Positions 12,721 to 26,500 of a stretch of DNA of 64,000 bases are shown here, piece by piece. Origin of the DNA: Camelus dromedarius (lineage: Eukaryota). Under the pieces are notes generated by a model, which was not told the origin of the DNA, did no database searches, and worked only from the letters and a program-made list of their open reading frames with translations. The first letter of the stretch is position 1. Each line of letters starts with the position of its first letter. Made by a program: the position numbers and the translations under genes. The stretch spans positions 101,434,001-101,498,000 of the forward strand of contig NC_087472.1 in NCBI RefSeq assembly GCF_036321535.1. Reading direction: 5' to 3'.

Positions 12721-14409
12721 GATGGGAGAGGAGAGGCACACGTCAGAGCATGTGGTAGTTGCTCCAGTTTGCCCAGTATCCTGGGCTACCCTGAGGGATG
12801 TGGGATGGAGGCACTAGGACCCACTCTCCCTACTCTGCCTGCATGGACCAGACAGCATGTGCTCCCAGCCCCCTAGGGGCCCAAGGTGGGCGAGCCTCCT
12901 TCTGCCTAACTCTGGGCCCCATCATCTTAACACTGAAGCAGGGTCCAGAACCGGCCATGTTTCTGGAGGCCCTGCCTTTTCTCCTCTACCACACAGTGCC
13001 TCCTTGGGGTCTCCAGCCATACAGTATCATTTTGAGTGTCAGTTCTGTATGCTCTTCCTGAGCGACAACCTGGGAGAGGTCAGCTTGACTTTTGTCCTTA
13101 ACCCCTGGCTGTGGCCCAGGTTGGGGGAGCACTAGTCCTGTCCAACTAGGGAAGCCAGCAGCCCCATTGCCAAGCATGAACACCGTGGGCCCCCTGCCTG
13201 CCGTGTCTTCGGGCCTGGGTAACCCAGGGAGGATGAGCAAGCCAGCAAGTACTGTGCCTGCACTGTGGCCAGTATTTCCCCAAGCACGGCATTTTGGAGA
13301 AGCACATCCAGCCCCACACATGTAAGAGGTCCTTCCTGTGTGCCACCCGTGGCATTGAATTTGTGACCCAGAACAACCTATATAAGTACAGGCAGATCCA
13401 GACACACCGCAGCAACTCCCATCTGTCCTGAGTTTTGTGGGGATACTGTAGCCTTCCGGAAGAGGGAGACGGGCTGGAGAGACTCTCAGGACGGAGGGAG
13501 TGTGATGGGATATCAGAGGGACCTCCGGGCACCCAGGGTGCTAGGCAATGTCCAATGTCCACTACGCATCTGTCCTTTGCTGCCAACAACCTAGATGTGA
13601 AGTCAGAAGCTGTTCCCTGTCCAGGTCCCCATTTGCCAACAGGGAACCCCTTTAGACTCTAAAACATGACTTCCTCTGGGTTCTCTGGCATAAGGTGCCA
13701 GAGTAGATGTCGACTCTGACTGTCAAAAAGCCTTGGCTGCTGCAGTGACAGCAGGCAACCTCCCTGGAGAAGTCCTGGGACAGGCACTGGGGCCTCAGAG
13801 AGCAGGTTGGAAAGAGTGAGAGCACAGACTCCAGCTGCCTGCCCTCCTCCAGCCACACAGAGCTGCTGCTGGTCCCTCCAGCACCCTGTGACTGCAAGGG
13901 CTCCTTCCATTTTGACGTCCAGGTGCTGGAGCCCAGTGGAGGAAGTACACCACCCTCTGCTTAGCCCTCTCTGCCTTCACTCCTCTGGACAGGTCTTGGC
14001 ACCTCTTCTTTCCCCCTTTTTCCATTCAGTTCTCCACCCCTGCAGAATGCGTGCAGGTCGTCAGGAGCAACCTGCTGCTCTTCACCGAGGGCAGCACCAC
14101 ATGGCGCACCCTTGGAGTCCTTTGGTGTCTCCTTAGCTTCTTCTTGGGTTGTCCTGAGGCATGCAAGGCTGAGGGCAAAGGAACCCCCATTTCACTGTGG
14201 TCACCAGGCAATGTCTCAAGACCCTAGATGGTAGTGGCTTCCTCGGGTCCTTGCTTCTCTGGAAGATAATGCCTGTTCCCCAAAGGACCTCCTCATGTTA
14301 CCTCCGGGGGAGACCCACTCACCACTGCCAGGATTCTGTCTGTGGGAGAGGGTGACCCAGGGAATGGGCATCCTTTCTTGGGTCAAGGATGGATGTCCGC
14401 TTCATGGAC

Positions 14410-14554
14410 GTGTGACCTGTGCTCTGGCTTCAGAAGGGCACCATGCTTGGCTTAATGTTTTGCTGTTGGTGTCTTGAAACTTTTAATAATTTTTGAATAA
14501 GGGACCCTGCACTTTTATTCTGCACTGGGCTCCCAAATTGCACAGGTGGTCCTG
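14410..14554. mobile_element. MER45A hAT-Tip100 element
   Basis: tcagaagggcaccatgcttggcttaatg..gtcttgaaacttttaataatttttgaataagggaccctgcac..tgcactgggc. Confidence 0.75.
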
Positions 14555-15094
14555 CAAATGGGGATGTTAACCAGTGCACAAGTGAGGGGCCAGCCTTAGC
14601 TAAGAACGGACAGTTCGTCTGTAGTGGAGGAGAGGTATGGGCAAGGTAGGTTGGTAGATGTAGTGGTGGGAACCTGAGAGGCTTCTCTCTGACTGCTTCT
14701 ACCTTTCCAATGGAATAAGAACAAAGGTCATCAGGTGAGAGTAAGGAAGAGAGAGGAGTATTTGTGGTTTAAAGAAACAAGGTATGGTGTGAAGTAGTAG
14801 TCTGTGAGAGTGGGCTGACTGGGTCCTTCCCAACTTCTGGGATGATTCATGGGCCCCTCAGGAGGCACTAGGTTTAGAGGGTCTGAGAGGGTCAACTGGC
14901 CAGGAAGGACTTCCCTTCTACCCAATAGACAGGCTGCTGGAGCCAACCTTGACAACAGTTGTTCAGTCCGGGGAAGAGCTTCAAAAACAGGCCCACCTGA
15001 CTGAGGTGAGTGCTTGATCGAGCTGTCCCCATTCCCCACCCCCACCCCGGTCTCTGAGTGGAAATGCATGATGGTCTGAACTGCAGGTAGCCAA

Positions 15095-15640
15095 AGATAA
15101 ACCACTGAAACCACTCTTATCAAGGATGCTCATGATCTTTGTGTTGCCAGATCCCATGGTCAGTTCTTAGCCCTCATCCTATTTGACCCATCAGCAATAG
15201 TAACACATTTGATCACCATCTATCTCTCCCTTAAATTCTTATTTGGTCTCTGAGACACCACCCTCTCTTAGTTTGCCTTTTTCCTTACTGATTTCTCTTT
15301 CTCACTCTCCTTTCCTGTAGTACTTCCTTATCTTCCTAACCTCTAAGCTTTGGAGCACCCCAAGACTTGGTCCTCAGGTCTTTCCTCATTCCCTCTCACT
15401 CCCTAGGTGATTTTACCCAAGCCCACAGCCTAAAACACCCCCTGTATACTGATGCCTCCCAAGTTTGTATCTCTAGCTCAGACCTCTCTTCTAAACTCCA
15501 TATTTGTATATCGACCTTCCTACTGGACATCTTGACTAGGAGGTCTAACACACATCTCAACTCAAATGTACCTCAAATGGAGCTCCAGATACCTCTCACA
15601 AACCTCTTGCCCTGCAGACTTCTCCATCTCAGTGAACACC
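15095..15640 (+). mobile_element. L2 LINE RT-region fragment
   Basis: ccactgaaaccactcttatcaagg..ggtcagttcttagccctcatcctatttgacccatcagca encodes decayed TET.LIK..GQFLALILFD.SA, the L2 RT motif. Confidence 0.8.
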
Positions 15641-17129
15641 TGAAGCACTGCCTCTGGTGCCTCTCAGAAAGACGAATCCTTCCTCCACTCCCCCATTCCC
15701 CATACCAACTCCAGATGGAGCCCACTCACTTCCATCTTAAATCCTGAGTGGCAGAGCCTAGGTCCTGTGCCTGCTCCCCAGCTGCAGGGGAGGCTGGGAG
15801 AATGAATTCCAACTTTTGCCTTGAGAAAGGAAGTTTTCCAAACCTAGGAAGGGTTTTCAAAAGATGCTGAGTAGCCACAACTTATCATTTTCTCATGTTC
15901 TGTGAGGAAATCTGAGTACAAACTCTTTTGAGAGTTTTTTAATAGTCACCTAATATTTTACACTTGAATCTACTACATCCAAGCCAATAGCATTATTTTT
16001 TAATCCCCAGCAACGTGCCTTAGTCAAGTGTATCCAATAACTCTCAGGCTTTTAATATTTTTTTCATCAATGTAGGTCATATCTAATTAGATTACGGAAT
16101 TCTAATGATAACTATAAGCATAAAAATGTTTGGGGACAAATTCTGCTCACTCTTTGCTAAATATACAACTCAACCAGTGAGAACAGTATTCTGGCATCTT
16201 AGGCAGTAGCTCTCCAGCCCTGAGCAGTTTCAGGCCCTGGGCATCAGTATTGTTTCCAGTTGGAGGGCATTGGTTAATCAGGTGAATCAAGTAGGCAGAG
16301 ATGGGCTGAGAGCTTCTGCATGCTTTACTTATTACTATTAGAAGAGTGATGACTTTACATTTCATGTCTATGTGGATTCCATTTTCGTGTTTAACACGTG
16401 GGATCTCATGTGTTCCCTGCCCCATATTCAAGGAAAGGCTGATTCTCTTTCAGAACCCTTTGCTGACACATCAGTCTGTTGCCTCCCGGAAGAATAACGT
16501 GTGCTTCTAGCCTGATTCTGAAACAATATGATTGCAAGGAGAAAAAAATTTTTATGTATATTTAATTTTTATTTATATATATTTAATGTATATACACAAT
16601 TTATTAACTAACCAGGACATTTTTTGAGAGTAAAGGGGTCACTATTAAAAATTAGGATGGAACAGCAAGTTTAAAAATTGAGATGTTTGTCTTGGTAAAG
16701 TGGAACATCTGATAACCCTGGTACATAAATGCTCATGCAATGGCAGTCTTCTCCAAAGCTCATAGAGAGGCTTGTAAGCATTGTCAACATGGTAAAATTT
16801 ATTTATTCTATGCCATATGGGGGTTGTACTGATTTGGGGGATTGAGATAAACCCTTTATCTCAGTTTTAGCTGTGGTGCGGTAGCATTCCAGAAGGACAG
16901 ACTGCTTGAGATAGACACACAAGGATAATACAATCCTATCTGGTAAGATTTTGACCCATATCTGGAAAACTAACATCTGGTTCTGGTTCCAAACCACTAA
17001 GTTCTGGTATGTACTTAGGCTGTGCCAGCTCGGAGAGTTGGAGAGTGATGGATACCACTTTGTTTATGCTTGAAAATGCCATACCCTGCAATTGCATTGT
17101 GTATTGTATAACTCCAAGATTGATGAGGT

Positions 17130-17376
17130 GTACCTGGACCAATGGTTTGAGTCTTCCCAGCCCAGGTGCCAGACCATGTGAATGAGTGAGCTTTCAGATA
17201 ATTTCAACCCCAGCCATCTGCATCCATCTGAGAGATCCTGGGCCAAAACCTGCCCAACCAAGCCAATCTCAAGTTCCTGACCCATAGAAATTGGGAAAGA
17301 TAATAAATTATTGTTATTGTTTGAAGCCACTAAGTTTATGCAGTGATTTTCTAGGCATTAATGAATAACTAGAATA
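17130..17376 (+). mobile_element. MLT1 (H/I-like) MaLR LTR 3' part
   Basis: ttcctgacccatagaaattgggaaagataataaatt..ttgtttgaagccactaagttt..taactagaata. Confidence 0.7.
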
Positions 17377-17589
17377 GGGACCTATATGCTGTCTCAACAG
17401 AGTATCCAACAATCAATGGATTTCATGAGTTGGAACTTCAAGGGAGAGCTCAATGCTGAAGATGACAATTTGTGGAGAATCTGAATATACATTGTGGTTA
17501 AAAGGGCTGAAGATGAAACCACAGGCCAATGTATCCATGAAAAAGGTCAAGGAATGATAGAGAGTTAAGCCTTGGTTTCCCAAACCCAA

Positions 17590-18130
17590 CTTTCTCATGG
17601 CTCCCCTCTGTCTCATTGGCCATTGCTTCTCAGTGTCTTTGCTGCTTTCTCCTCATTTCTCTGGCCTCTAAGCTTTGGAGTCCCAGGACTTAGACTCAGG
17701 CTGCTTCTGTCCTATACATAGACAATCTTATCTAAACTTGTAACTAAATACTATCCTTGTGCTGACGACTCCTCACTTTGATTCTCCAGATCTAACCTCT
17801 CTTTTTAACTCCAGACACATGTATCCAACTGCCTGCTATACATCTCCACTTGGAGGTCTACTGGGAATCTCAAGCTCAATGTATCCAAAACCAAACTCTC
17901 AGCTTTCTACAAAACATGCTCCCCATCTCAGTAAATAACCAATCCATCATTTATATGGCTCAGGAAAAATTTGGAGTCATGTTTGAATTCCTCCACATGT
18001 TTGGCCCATCCACAAATCCTTTTGGTTGTACCTTCAAAATATACCCAGAAGCCACCCACTTCTCACTATTTTCACCACTTCCTCCCTAGTCCGAGTCACC
18101 ATTGACTCCCATCTGGTAGATGACAGTGAT
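17590..18130 (+). mobile_element. L2 LINE fragment
   Basis: gctgacgactcc..ctccagacacatgtatccaactgcctgcta..catctccacttgga..accttcaaaatatacccagaa. Confidence 0.75.
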
Positions 18131-18936
18131 GAAGAGAGATTGTGAGTGGGACAGCCAGAAGATAATGATTCAGAACAGGAGGTTTATTTTTTATGTTTTA
18201 TTAAATTAAACCCTTTCTTTAAGATAATTGTAGATTCTTATGCAGTTAAGAAGTAACACAGAGGGATCCAGTGTTTCCCGGAAGGGTAACATCTTGCAGA
18301 ACTATAGTACAATATCACAGCCAGGATATGGGCATTGATACAATTAAGATACTGAACATTTCCATCACCACAAGGATCCCCCTACTGGCCTTTTAAAACC
18401 ATGACCCACCTATCTTCCACCCCTCCACCCCTTCCCTAACCAATGGCAACCATTACTCTGTTCTTCATTTCTAAAATTTTGTCAGTTCAAAAGTGTTATA
18501 AAAGTGTTCTCATACAGCTTGTAATTAGGGATTGACTTTTTTCACTCAAATAATTCCCCAGAGATTCATCCAAGTTTTTTTGTGTCTCAATAGTTTATTC
18601 CCTTTTGTTGCTGCATGGTACCATAGCTTGTTTAACCATTCACCTGTGGTAGAACATCTGTTTTGTTTTGTTTTTTTTTTCAATTTGGGGCCGTTATGAA
18701 TAAAGCAGCTATGGACATTCACGTACAGGTTTTTTTGTGAACATAACATTTCATTTTCCTGGGATAAATGCCCAGCAGTACAATTGCTGAATCATGTGAG
18801 AGTTGCATGTTTTATTTTAAAAAAAATTGCCAAACTACTTTCCAGTGTAGCTGTGCCATTTTACATTCCCACTGATAGTTTATGAGTCATCCAGTTTCTC
18901 TGCATCCTTGCCAGCATTTGGTGTTGTAATTGTTTT

Positions 18937-19098
18937 TAAAATTTTTTTTGCCTTTTTGGGGGAAGGTAATTAGATTTCTTTCTTTTTTCTCCCTTCCTTC
19001 CTTCCTTCCTTCCTTTCTTAATGGAGGTGCTGGGGATTGAACCCAGGACCTCGTGCACGCTAAGTGCACACTCTACCATCGAGCTATACCCTCCCTCC
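18937..19098 (-). mobile_element. tRNA-Ala-derived SINE (camelid Vic-1-like), inserted in L1
   Basis: Minus strand gggagggtatagctcgatggtagagtgtgcacttagcgtgcacgaggtcctgggttcaatccccagcacctcca has A and B boxes, followed by a (GGAA)n linker, ctaattacct and an A-rich tail. Confidence 0.85.
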
Positions 19099-21726
19099 TC
19101 ACTGTTTTTTATATTAGTCATTCTGATAGGTGTTTTGATAGCTCATTGTGTTTTTAATTTGTATTCTCTTAACTGTTCACAATATTAACTGCCTTTTCTT
19201 GTGCTTATTTGCCATCTGTATATCCTCTTCAGCGAAATATCTATTCATGTCTTTTGCCCATTTTCTAATTGGATTGTTTGTATTTTACTGCTGAGTTTTA
19301 AGAGTTCTTTATATATTCTAGATAATAGTCCTTCATTGGATATGCAGTCTGCAAATATTTTCTCCCAGTCTATAGCTTGCTTCTGCAGCCTCTTACAGGG
19401 TTTTCACAGAGCAAAATTTCTTAATTTTGATAAAGTCCAATTTATCAGTTTTTCTTTATATGGATCATGCTTTGGTGTCAAGTCTAAGAACTTCTGGCCT
19501 AGCTCTAGCAAAGATCTTCTGCTATGTTTTTTTCTAAAATTTTTGTAGTTATACATTTTGCATTTAAGTTTATAATCCAGCACCATTTGTTTAAAGGGCT
19601 GTCCTTCTTTTAAATTGTTTTCGAACCTTTGTCAAAAATCATTTGGACATACGTATGTGGGTCTATTTCTGGGTTCTCTGTTCTTTTCCACTGATCTATG
19701 TGTCCATCTCTCTGCCAACCATACTGTTCCGAATATGGTAGCTATTTAGTAAGCATTATATTAGGTAGAGCTATTTCAATCACTTTATTCTTCATTTCCC
19801 AAATTATTTTAGCTATTCTAGTTCCTTTACCTTTCCATATATATTGTAGAATACTCTTGTCTACAGCTACAAAAAATCTTGCTGGGATTTTTATAGGAAT
19901 TGCATTAAACTTACATATTAATTTGGTGAGCATTGATATTTTTTCTATGTTGAATCTTTCAATCCATGGGCAAAGTATGTCTCTCCATTTATGTGTATGT
20001 TGTTTGATTTCTTTCATCATTGTTTTGTAGTTTTCAGCATACAAGTCCCACACACATTTTGTTAGATTTACACTTAAGGGTGTATTTTAGGGATTGTAAA
20101 TGGTATTGTACTTTTAATTTCAGTGTTTATATGTTCATTGCTAGTATACAGAAATGTGATTGACTTTTGTGTGTTCACCTTACATCCTGCCACTTTGCTG
20201 AACTCATTCATTCTGGGAGTATTTTGTAGATTTCTTGGGATTCTATACATAGACAATCATGTTATCTGCAGATAGGGACAGTTTCATTTCTTTCTTCCCA
20301 AACTCTATGCCTTTTATTTCTTTTTCTTTCCTTATTACATTGGCTAGGACCTCCAGTACTATGTTGACTAAGAATGATAAGAGCAAACATCCTTTCCTTT
20401 TCCCTGATCTTAGAAGGAAAGCAGCCAGTCTTTCATCATTAATATAATATTAGCTGTAGTTTTTTAGTAGGTGTTCTTTATCAAGTTGAGGAAGTTCCCC
20501 TCTATTCCTAGTTCTGAGAGTTTTTCATTTATTATAAATGGGCATTGAATTTTGTCAAATGGTTTTTCTGCATTGAATTTTGTCAAATGATCATATCCAT
20601 TTTTATTCTTTAGCCTGTTACTATGGTGGATTACACTGATTGATTTTTGAATTTGAACCAGCCTTGCATCCTTTGAATAAGCCCCACATGGTCACAGTGT
20701 ATAATTCTTTTTGTATATTGGTGAATGTATTTGCAAAATATTGTTAAAGATTTTTGTATCCATATGAAAGATACACTTTTTTGGTACTGTCTGGTTTTGT
20801 ATCATGATAATACTAGTTTAATAAAATGAATTAAGAAGTGTTCCTCCCTCATATGTTTTCTGGAAGAGATTATGTAGAATTGATGTTAATTATACTTTAA
20901 ACATTTGATAGAATTCTCCAATAATACCATTTGAGCTTGGAGATTTCTTTTGGGGGAGTTTAAAATTATAAATTCAATTTCTTTAATAGTTATAGGGATA
21001 TTCAGATTATTTATTTGTTGTTGGGTGAGTTGTACTAGTTTGTACTATATGAGGACTTGATCCGTTTCATCTAAATTGTCAAATTATATACATATAGTTT
21101 TCATAGTATTTTCTTATTATATTTTTATGTCTGCAGAGTCTGTTGTGATAACTCCTGTTTAATTCCTGATATTGGTAATTTGTGTTTCACGCTTTTTTAT
21201 TTTTATTTTTATTTTTCAGTCTTGCTAGAGGTTTGCCAATTTTATTGATTTTTTTCAGAAAAAAAAAAAAACCCAGCTTTTTGTTTTGTTGATTTTCTCT
21301 ATTGTTTTACTGTTGTCAGTTTCACTGACTTTTGTTCTTATTATTTCCTTCCTTCTGCTTGCTTTGGGTTTATTTTGCTCTTTTTCGAGGTTCTTAAGGT
21401 AGATATGTATATTATTTATTTGAAGCTTTTCCTCTTTTCTAATGTAAATATTTCATGCAATAAATTTCATGCAATTAATTTCCCTCTCAGCTTTAGCTGG
21501 GTCTCACATATTTGATATGTGTATTTTCATTTTTGTTCAGTTCAATGTATTTTTAAAATTTCCCTGAGACTTCTTTTTTAACACATGGATTGTTTAGAAG
21601 TATGTTTGATTTCCAACTGTTTGGAGATTTTCCTGTTATCTTTCACTTATTGATTCTAGTTTGAATCCATGGTGGTTGGAGAATATACTCTGTATTATTT
21701 CAATTATTTTAAATAAATTGGGGTTT

Positions 21727-21731
<5 letters not shown>

Positions 21732-21769
<38 letters not shown>

Positions 21770-21853
21770 CTGTGTGTATATATATGTGTGTGAAGTATAG
21801 TCAGTTTACAATGTTGTGTCAATTTCTGGTGTACAGCATAATGCTTCAGTCTT
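21732..21853 (-). mobile_element. Very short, younger L1 3'-terminal insertion with a (CA)n-converted tail
   Basis: gaagtatagtcagtttacaatgttgtgtcaatttctggtgtacagcataat preceded by (TG)n, flanked by gggtttctttt (21721) / gggtttgtttt (21854). Confidence 0.75.
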
Positions 21854-24800
21854 GGGTTTGTTTTTATGGCCAGGATATGGCATCTTGGTATATGAACTCT
21901 GGGAACTTGGAAAGAATATGTATTCTTCTATTGTTGGGTGGGGTGTTGTATAAATGTTAGATCCTGTTGGTTGGTAATGGTGTTGAGTTCTTCTATATCC
22001 TTCTTAATTTCCTGTCTAGATGTTCTATGACTTGTTGAGAGAAGGGTATTATAGTTTCTAAATATGACTGTGGATTTGTCTATTTCTCCTTTCAGCGATA
22101 CCATTTTATTGCTTCACAGATTTTGCAGCTCTGTCATTTGATGCATACACATTTAAATAGCTATGTGTGCTTAATGGGTTGACTCTTTCATTGATATATA
22201 ATGTGCCCCTCTGTCTCTGGTAATTTTCTCTGCTCTACTTTATCTAATATTAATATAACCACTTCAGCTTTCTTTTTTGACTGTTTGCATGATATATCTT
22301 TTTCTATCCTTTTACTTTCAACCTACCTATCATTATATTTAAAGTTAGTTTCTTGTAGACACTATAAAGATGTTCATGTTTTTTAATCCACTATGCCAAT
22401 TTCTGTCTTTTAATTGGTGTTTAGATTGGTTACATTTAATGTAATTATTAGTATGTTAACACATACATCTTCCATTTTATAATTTTCTTTTCTGTTTGTT
22501 CTCTGTGTTTATCATCTGTTTTGTTTATCCTGCCTTCCTCTGGGTCACTTTAACATTTTTAGAATTAAATTTTCAGTTACTGTGGTGTTTCTTAGTATAT
22601 CCTTGTATAGCTTTTTAGTAGTTGCTCTAGGTATTGCATTATATATACATAACTTATTGCAGTCTACTAGACATTTTACCAGTTCTATTGAAGTATAGAA
22701 ACCTTACCTCCCTTACCCTTCTTTATTTATGATATAATTGTCTTAAGTACTTTCTCTGCATACGTTCAGAAACACATCAGATAGTGTTAAAATTTTTGCT
22801 TCAATCATGAAACAATTTAGAAGACTCAAGAGCAGGAAAATATATTTACCCATATTTTTACTCTTTCTGTTGTTCTTCCTTCCTTCCTGATATTCCAACT
22901 CCTTCTTTTATCATTTCCTTTCTGTTTAAAGAACTTTCTTTAGCCATTTTCTTAAGTTAGATCTTCTGGTGACAGATTCTTAGTTTTTCTCCATCTGAGA
23001 ATGTCTTTATTTCCTCTTCATCCTTGATGGATATTTTCACTGGATAAAGAGTTCTGAATTTACAGTTCTTTTTTTCTTTCAACACTTGAAAAGTGTTGTG
23101 CCACTTTATTCTGACCTCGATGGTTTATGACGAGAAATCTGCTGTTATTTACATTGCTTTTCCCCTATAGGTAATTTGTTTCTCTCTCACTGCTTTCAAG
23201 ATTAATCTTTGGTTTTAGTTTTCAGGAGTTTGACCATTATGTAACTTGGTATGAATTTCTTTGGGTTTACCCTGTTTAGCGTTTGCTCAGTTTCTGGAAT
23301 ATGTAGGTTTGTGTATTTTATTAGATTCAAAGAGTTTTCAGCCATTATTTCTTTGAGGACTTTTTCAATCCCATCCTCTTTCTCCTTTCCTTCTGGAATT
23401 CCAATGGCCCAGATGTTAGATCTTTTGTTATAGTCCCACAGTTCCTTGAGGAACAAAACAGTTCATGTTTTTCAGTCTATTTTCTTCTTGTCGTTCACAT
23501 TGGGTAATTTTTATTCTTCTTTCTTCAACTTCACTAGTTCTGCCCTCTATCTTCTCTGTTCTACTATTGAGCCCATCTATTGAGTTTTTTATTTTGGTTA
23601 TTGTAGTTTTAGTTCTACAATTCCCATTTGGTTCTTCCTTTTATCTTCTCTTTCTTTGCTTGGACTCTTTTTCTTTGCTGAGACTTTGTACTTTTTCATC
23701 GGTTTCAATCATGTTTGTGATTGCTCATTGAAGCATTTTTCTGATGATTGCTTTTAAGTCTTTGTCATATAATTCTAACATCTCTGTCATCTCAATGTTG
23801 TCATCTATTGATTGTCTTTTTCATTTAAAGTGAGATTTTCCTGGTTCTTTGTATGATGCATTTTTTTAATTGAGACCTGGACATTTATGCTATGTTACTC
23901 TGGCTATTACTTAAACCTTTCGCTTTAGCTGGCTTCCTCTGACACTGCTCTTGTAGGGGAAATAGGAGAGCCATTTTGTTCCTGCCAGATGAATGTAGAA
24001 GTCCAGGTTCCCTGCTCAGTCTCTGCTGTCGTCCTAGAGAAGTTCCACCTGCCCACCTAGCCTTCACTGACACCTGGGATAGTTGCCTCATTACCACTGG
24101 GTAATTGTGAAAGTTCTGACTCTCTGCTAGCCCTCCCCTGACATCACCTAGTGGGGAGGAGGAGGGGTAGGGTGCCTCATTAATGCTAGCTGAGGCTGAG
24201 GGTCCAAGATTTCCACATGGTCTGCACCGACACTGCAAGGGGAGTGTTTGTTATCACCCAGCAGGGATGAAAGACATGACTCCCTACTCGGCTTCCTCTG
24301 ACACCACCCTGGTGAGAGGGGAGTCCAGACTATAGTTCTTTCGGTGGTGTTTGGCTGAAGTAAACCGGTTATTTTCTAAAGGGTCTGTGTTGCTAGGCTG
24401 TCCCTTTCCTGGTACTTTGGCTGGAGATGGCAGGCTTTTGCTTGGGCTATTTTTTGGTGGGGGGGGGGCGGTCTGCATATGTCTGTGTTCCTGATTGTCA
24501 GCTTCTTCAGCTCCAATTCTGTGATGAGGCAAAAAGAAAACTCAGAGAATTTACCACCCTGCTGGTCCTCAGGTCCTGAGGTCTCTAGCCAGTCTGCTTT
24601 CCTCTCTCCACCTTTCAGAGTCTTCTTATATTTGTTTCATACGTAATGTCTAGGGATTTTAGTTGTACTTAGTGAAAGGAATAGGGAAAAGTATATCCAC
24701 TCCATCTTCCTGAAAGTGGAAGTTCCCCAGAAGGTTTTTATATAAAATTAGAAGAACAATACTTTGGAGGGAGGACAGGTGGATGGTGATGATAATTTGT

Positions 24801-25499
24801 ATGAAACCCAGTAGAATAAACACTATCCACCTAAAAGAGCTTTAGGAAGTAGAGCTTCATGGGAGAGTCAGATTTCAATTAATACAAGATGAGGGGGGAG
24901 TGGCAGGGCCCAGGGCTACTTGCTATGTAAGAGGGCACTGGCAATCCAGTGGACACTGTGTAAAGGATTGGGAGAGACAGAAAGACAAGAGAGGCGTTAA
25001 GCAGAGCAAAGAAATCCTTGGCTGAAAATATAAAAGGGAAGAGATGACCTATGGGGCTTATATTTGAGAGGTGACACAGGTGTGACAAGCCAGATCAACT
25101 GAATTAGCAGTCACAGCTAATTTAGTGTTACCTCAGACCCCAATCATAGTACACTCTTGGTGTCTTCGTGGCTAGGAAATGGCTCTTGCTACAACGGGGT
25201 GCCAGTAGGCGGGAGCAGGAATGGCACCTGCAACATTTGGGTTCCATTTTCTCATAGGCACAGCCAGCCCTGATACAAATAACCTAAAATGAAGGCTTTA
25301 ATCTCCAAAATGTTCTGAAAGAGTGGTGGGCCATGCATTAATTTAATCCCCAACCCTTTTTTTTCATTCTAATAAGATTCTCAGGCAAGCCAGTATTATT
25401 CCTTTGCATCTAGGCAGTACCTGGTATAAATTTTTGGAAGATTTGAATATTGAGGTTGTCACTTGAAAATAAAGTATTGTTGCTATTGCAACAACAACA

Positions 25500-25652
25500 A
25501 CAATAATAAAACTAATAAATATTAAGTGCTTATTAGATGCTATGTACTGTTCTAAGTGCTTAACATATTTTAAGTCATTTAATCCTTACAAACGCCCTAT
25601 TAAGGTAGATACTAATTATTGCGTTCCCTCCATTTTATGCATAAGAAAACCA
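25500..25652 (-). mobile_element. MIR SINE
   Basis: actgttctaagtgcttta..tcatttaatccttacaaacgcccta..ccattttatgcataagaaaac. Confidence 0.75.
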
Positions 25653-26453
25653 GGGGGTGTGGCAAAGGAATTAGAAATATATTCAAAACCCCCATTGAAT
25701 TAAAAACTGGCATAGCCATCTTCTTTGTTACCACATGCATTACATGAGAATCACGAAGAATGATGTTTTCCAGTGCTTTCACAAATAATTGCTACAATCC
25801 AGCTCTGGTATTTATCTCAGTTGCTGGGGTAAAAAAGTAACGGTGCTAATCTCATTCATTTCATCGCTGGCAAATCACTCGATCCATTATCCCTATTTTT
25901 CCTGTCTTTAAAATTGGGGCAGTCATACCAGGCCACCACCACTCTAGCCAAAGAGAACAAAAGCAATAAGTTTTCATTGCAAAACATTTTGAAAAATATT
26001 GTATTTGTACTAAATTGTTATTCAACCCGTAGGGAGCTGGGTGGTGGCTAAAGAAGGAGAAAAGCAGGAAATGGGAGAAAAACCACAGCAGAGAAGAAGG
26101 GTTGCCTAGAGAGGTGGAACCCAAGAGCACAAAGGCCCCGGGACAGTTCCTGTTACCAGAGTTTGTTTTCAACCGCACCCCCCCCCACCCCACGTTGACT
26201 CAAGGCTCCTTCAGGCAGGGCTTACCTTGGGGCCTCACTGATGGCTGCATCAGTGTTCATTAAAGACTTGTGTGTAGATGGAGCTTCCTTGGATCGTTTC
26301 CCAAGTCTTCCCCTTGTCTCCCATTTCCTCTTCCATCTGCCTTTCCAAAAGTTCCCAACAGATGTTTCTCAGATTCGCCCATATTGATTTTGCTTCATGC
26401 AGAAATATGCCTGAGCATCTCTCTCAGAGCAGAGACCTGTCCAATGCTCGATA

Positions 26454-26500
26454 GTGTGTGTATGTGTGTGTGTGTGTGTGTCTGTGTGTGTGTCTGTGTG
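26454..26500. repeat. Imperfect (TG)n microsatellite
   Basis: Directly visible. Confidence 0.95.

Larger units (their letters stand above)
18186..24727 (-). mobile_element. Near full-length ancient LINE-1 (L1MC/L1MD-type), inactive
   Basis: Order on the minus strand: 5' end (ggaacttccacttt caggaagatggagt..), ORF1 remnant 23202-23456 (LKELWDYNKRSNIWAIGIPEG), ORF2 remnant 19742-20053 (KWRDILCPWIERFNI..KFNAIPIKIP), then 3' UTR and degraded tail. Candidate TSD caggaggttt (18176) / cagaaggttt (24728). Confidence 0.9.

Noticed and set aside
16780..17120. Possible ancient LINE (L4/RTE-X-like) or pseudogene fragment
   Set aside because: Similarity too faint to support without an HMM search.
19021..19095. 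tRNA-Ala gene
   Set aside because: Mismatched stems, SINE body and tail, and insertion inside an L1 indicate a SINE head.
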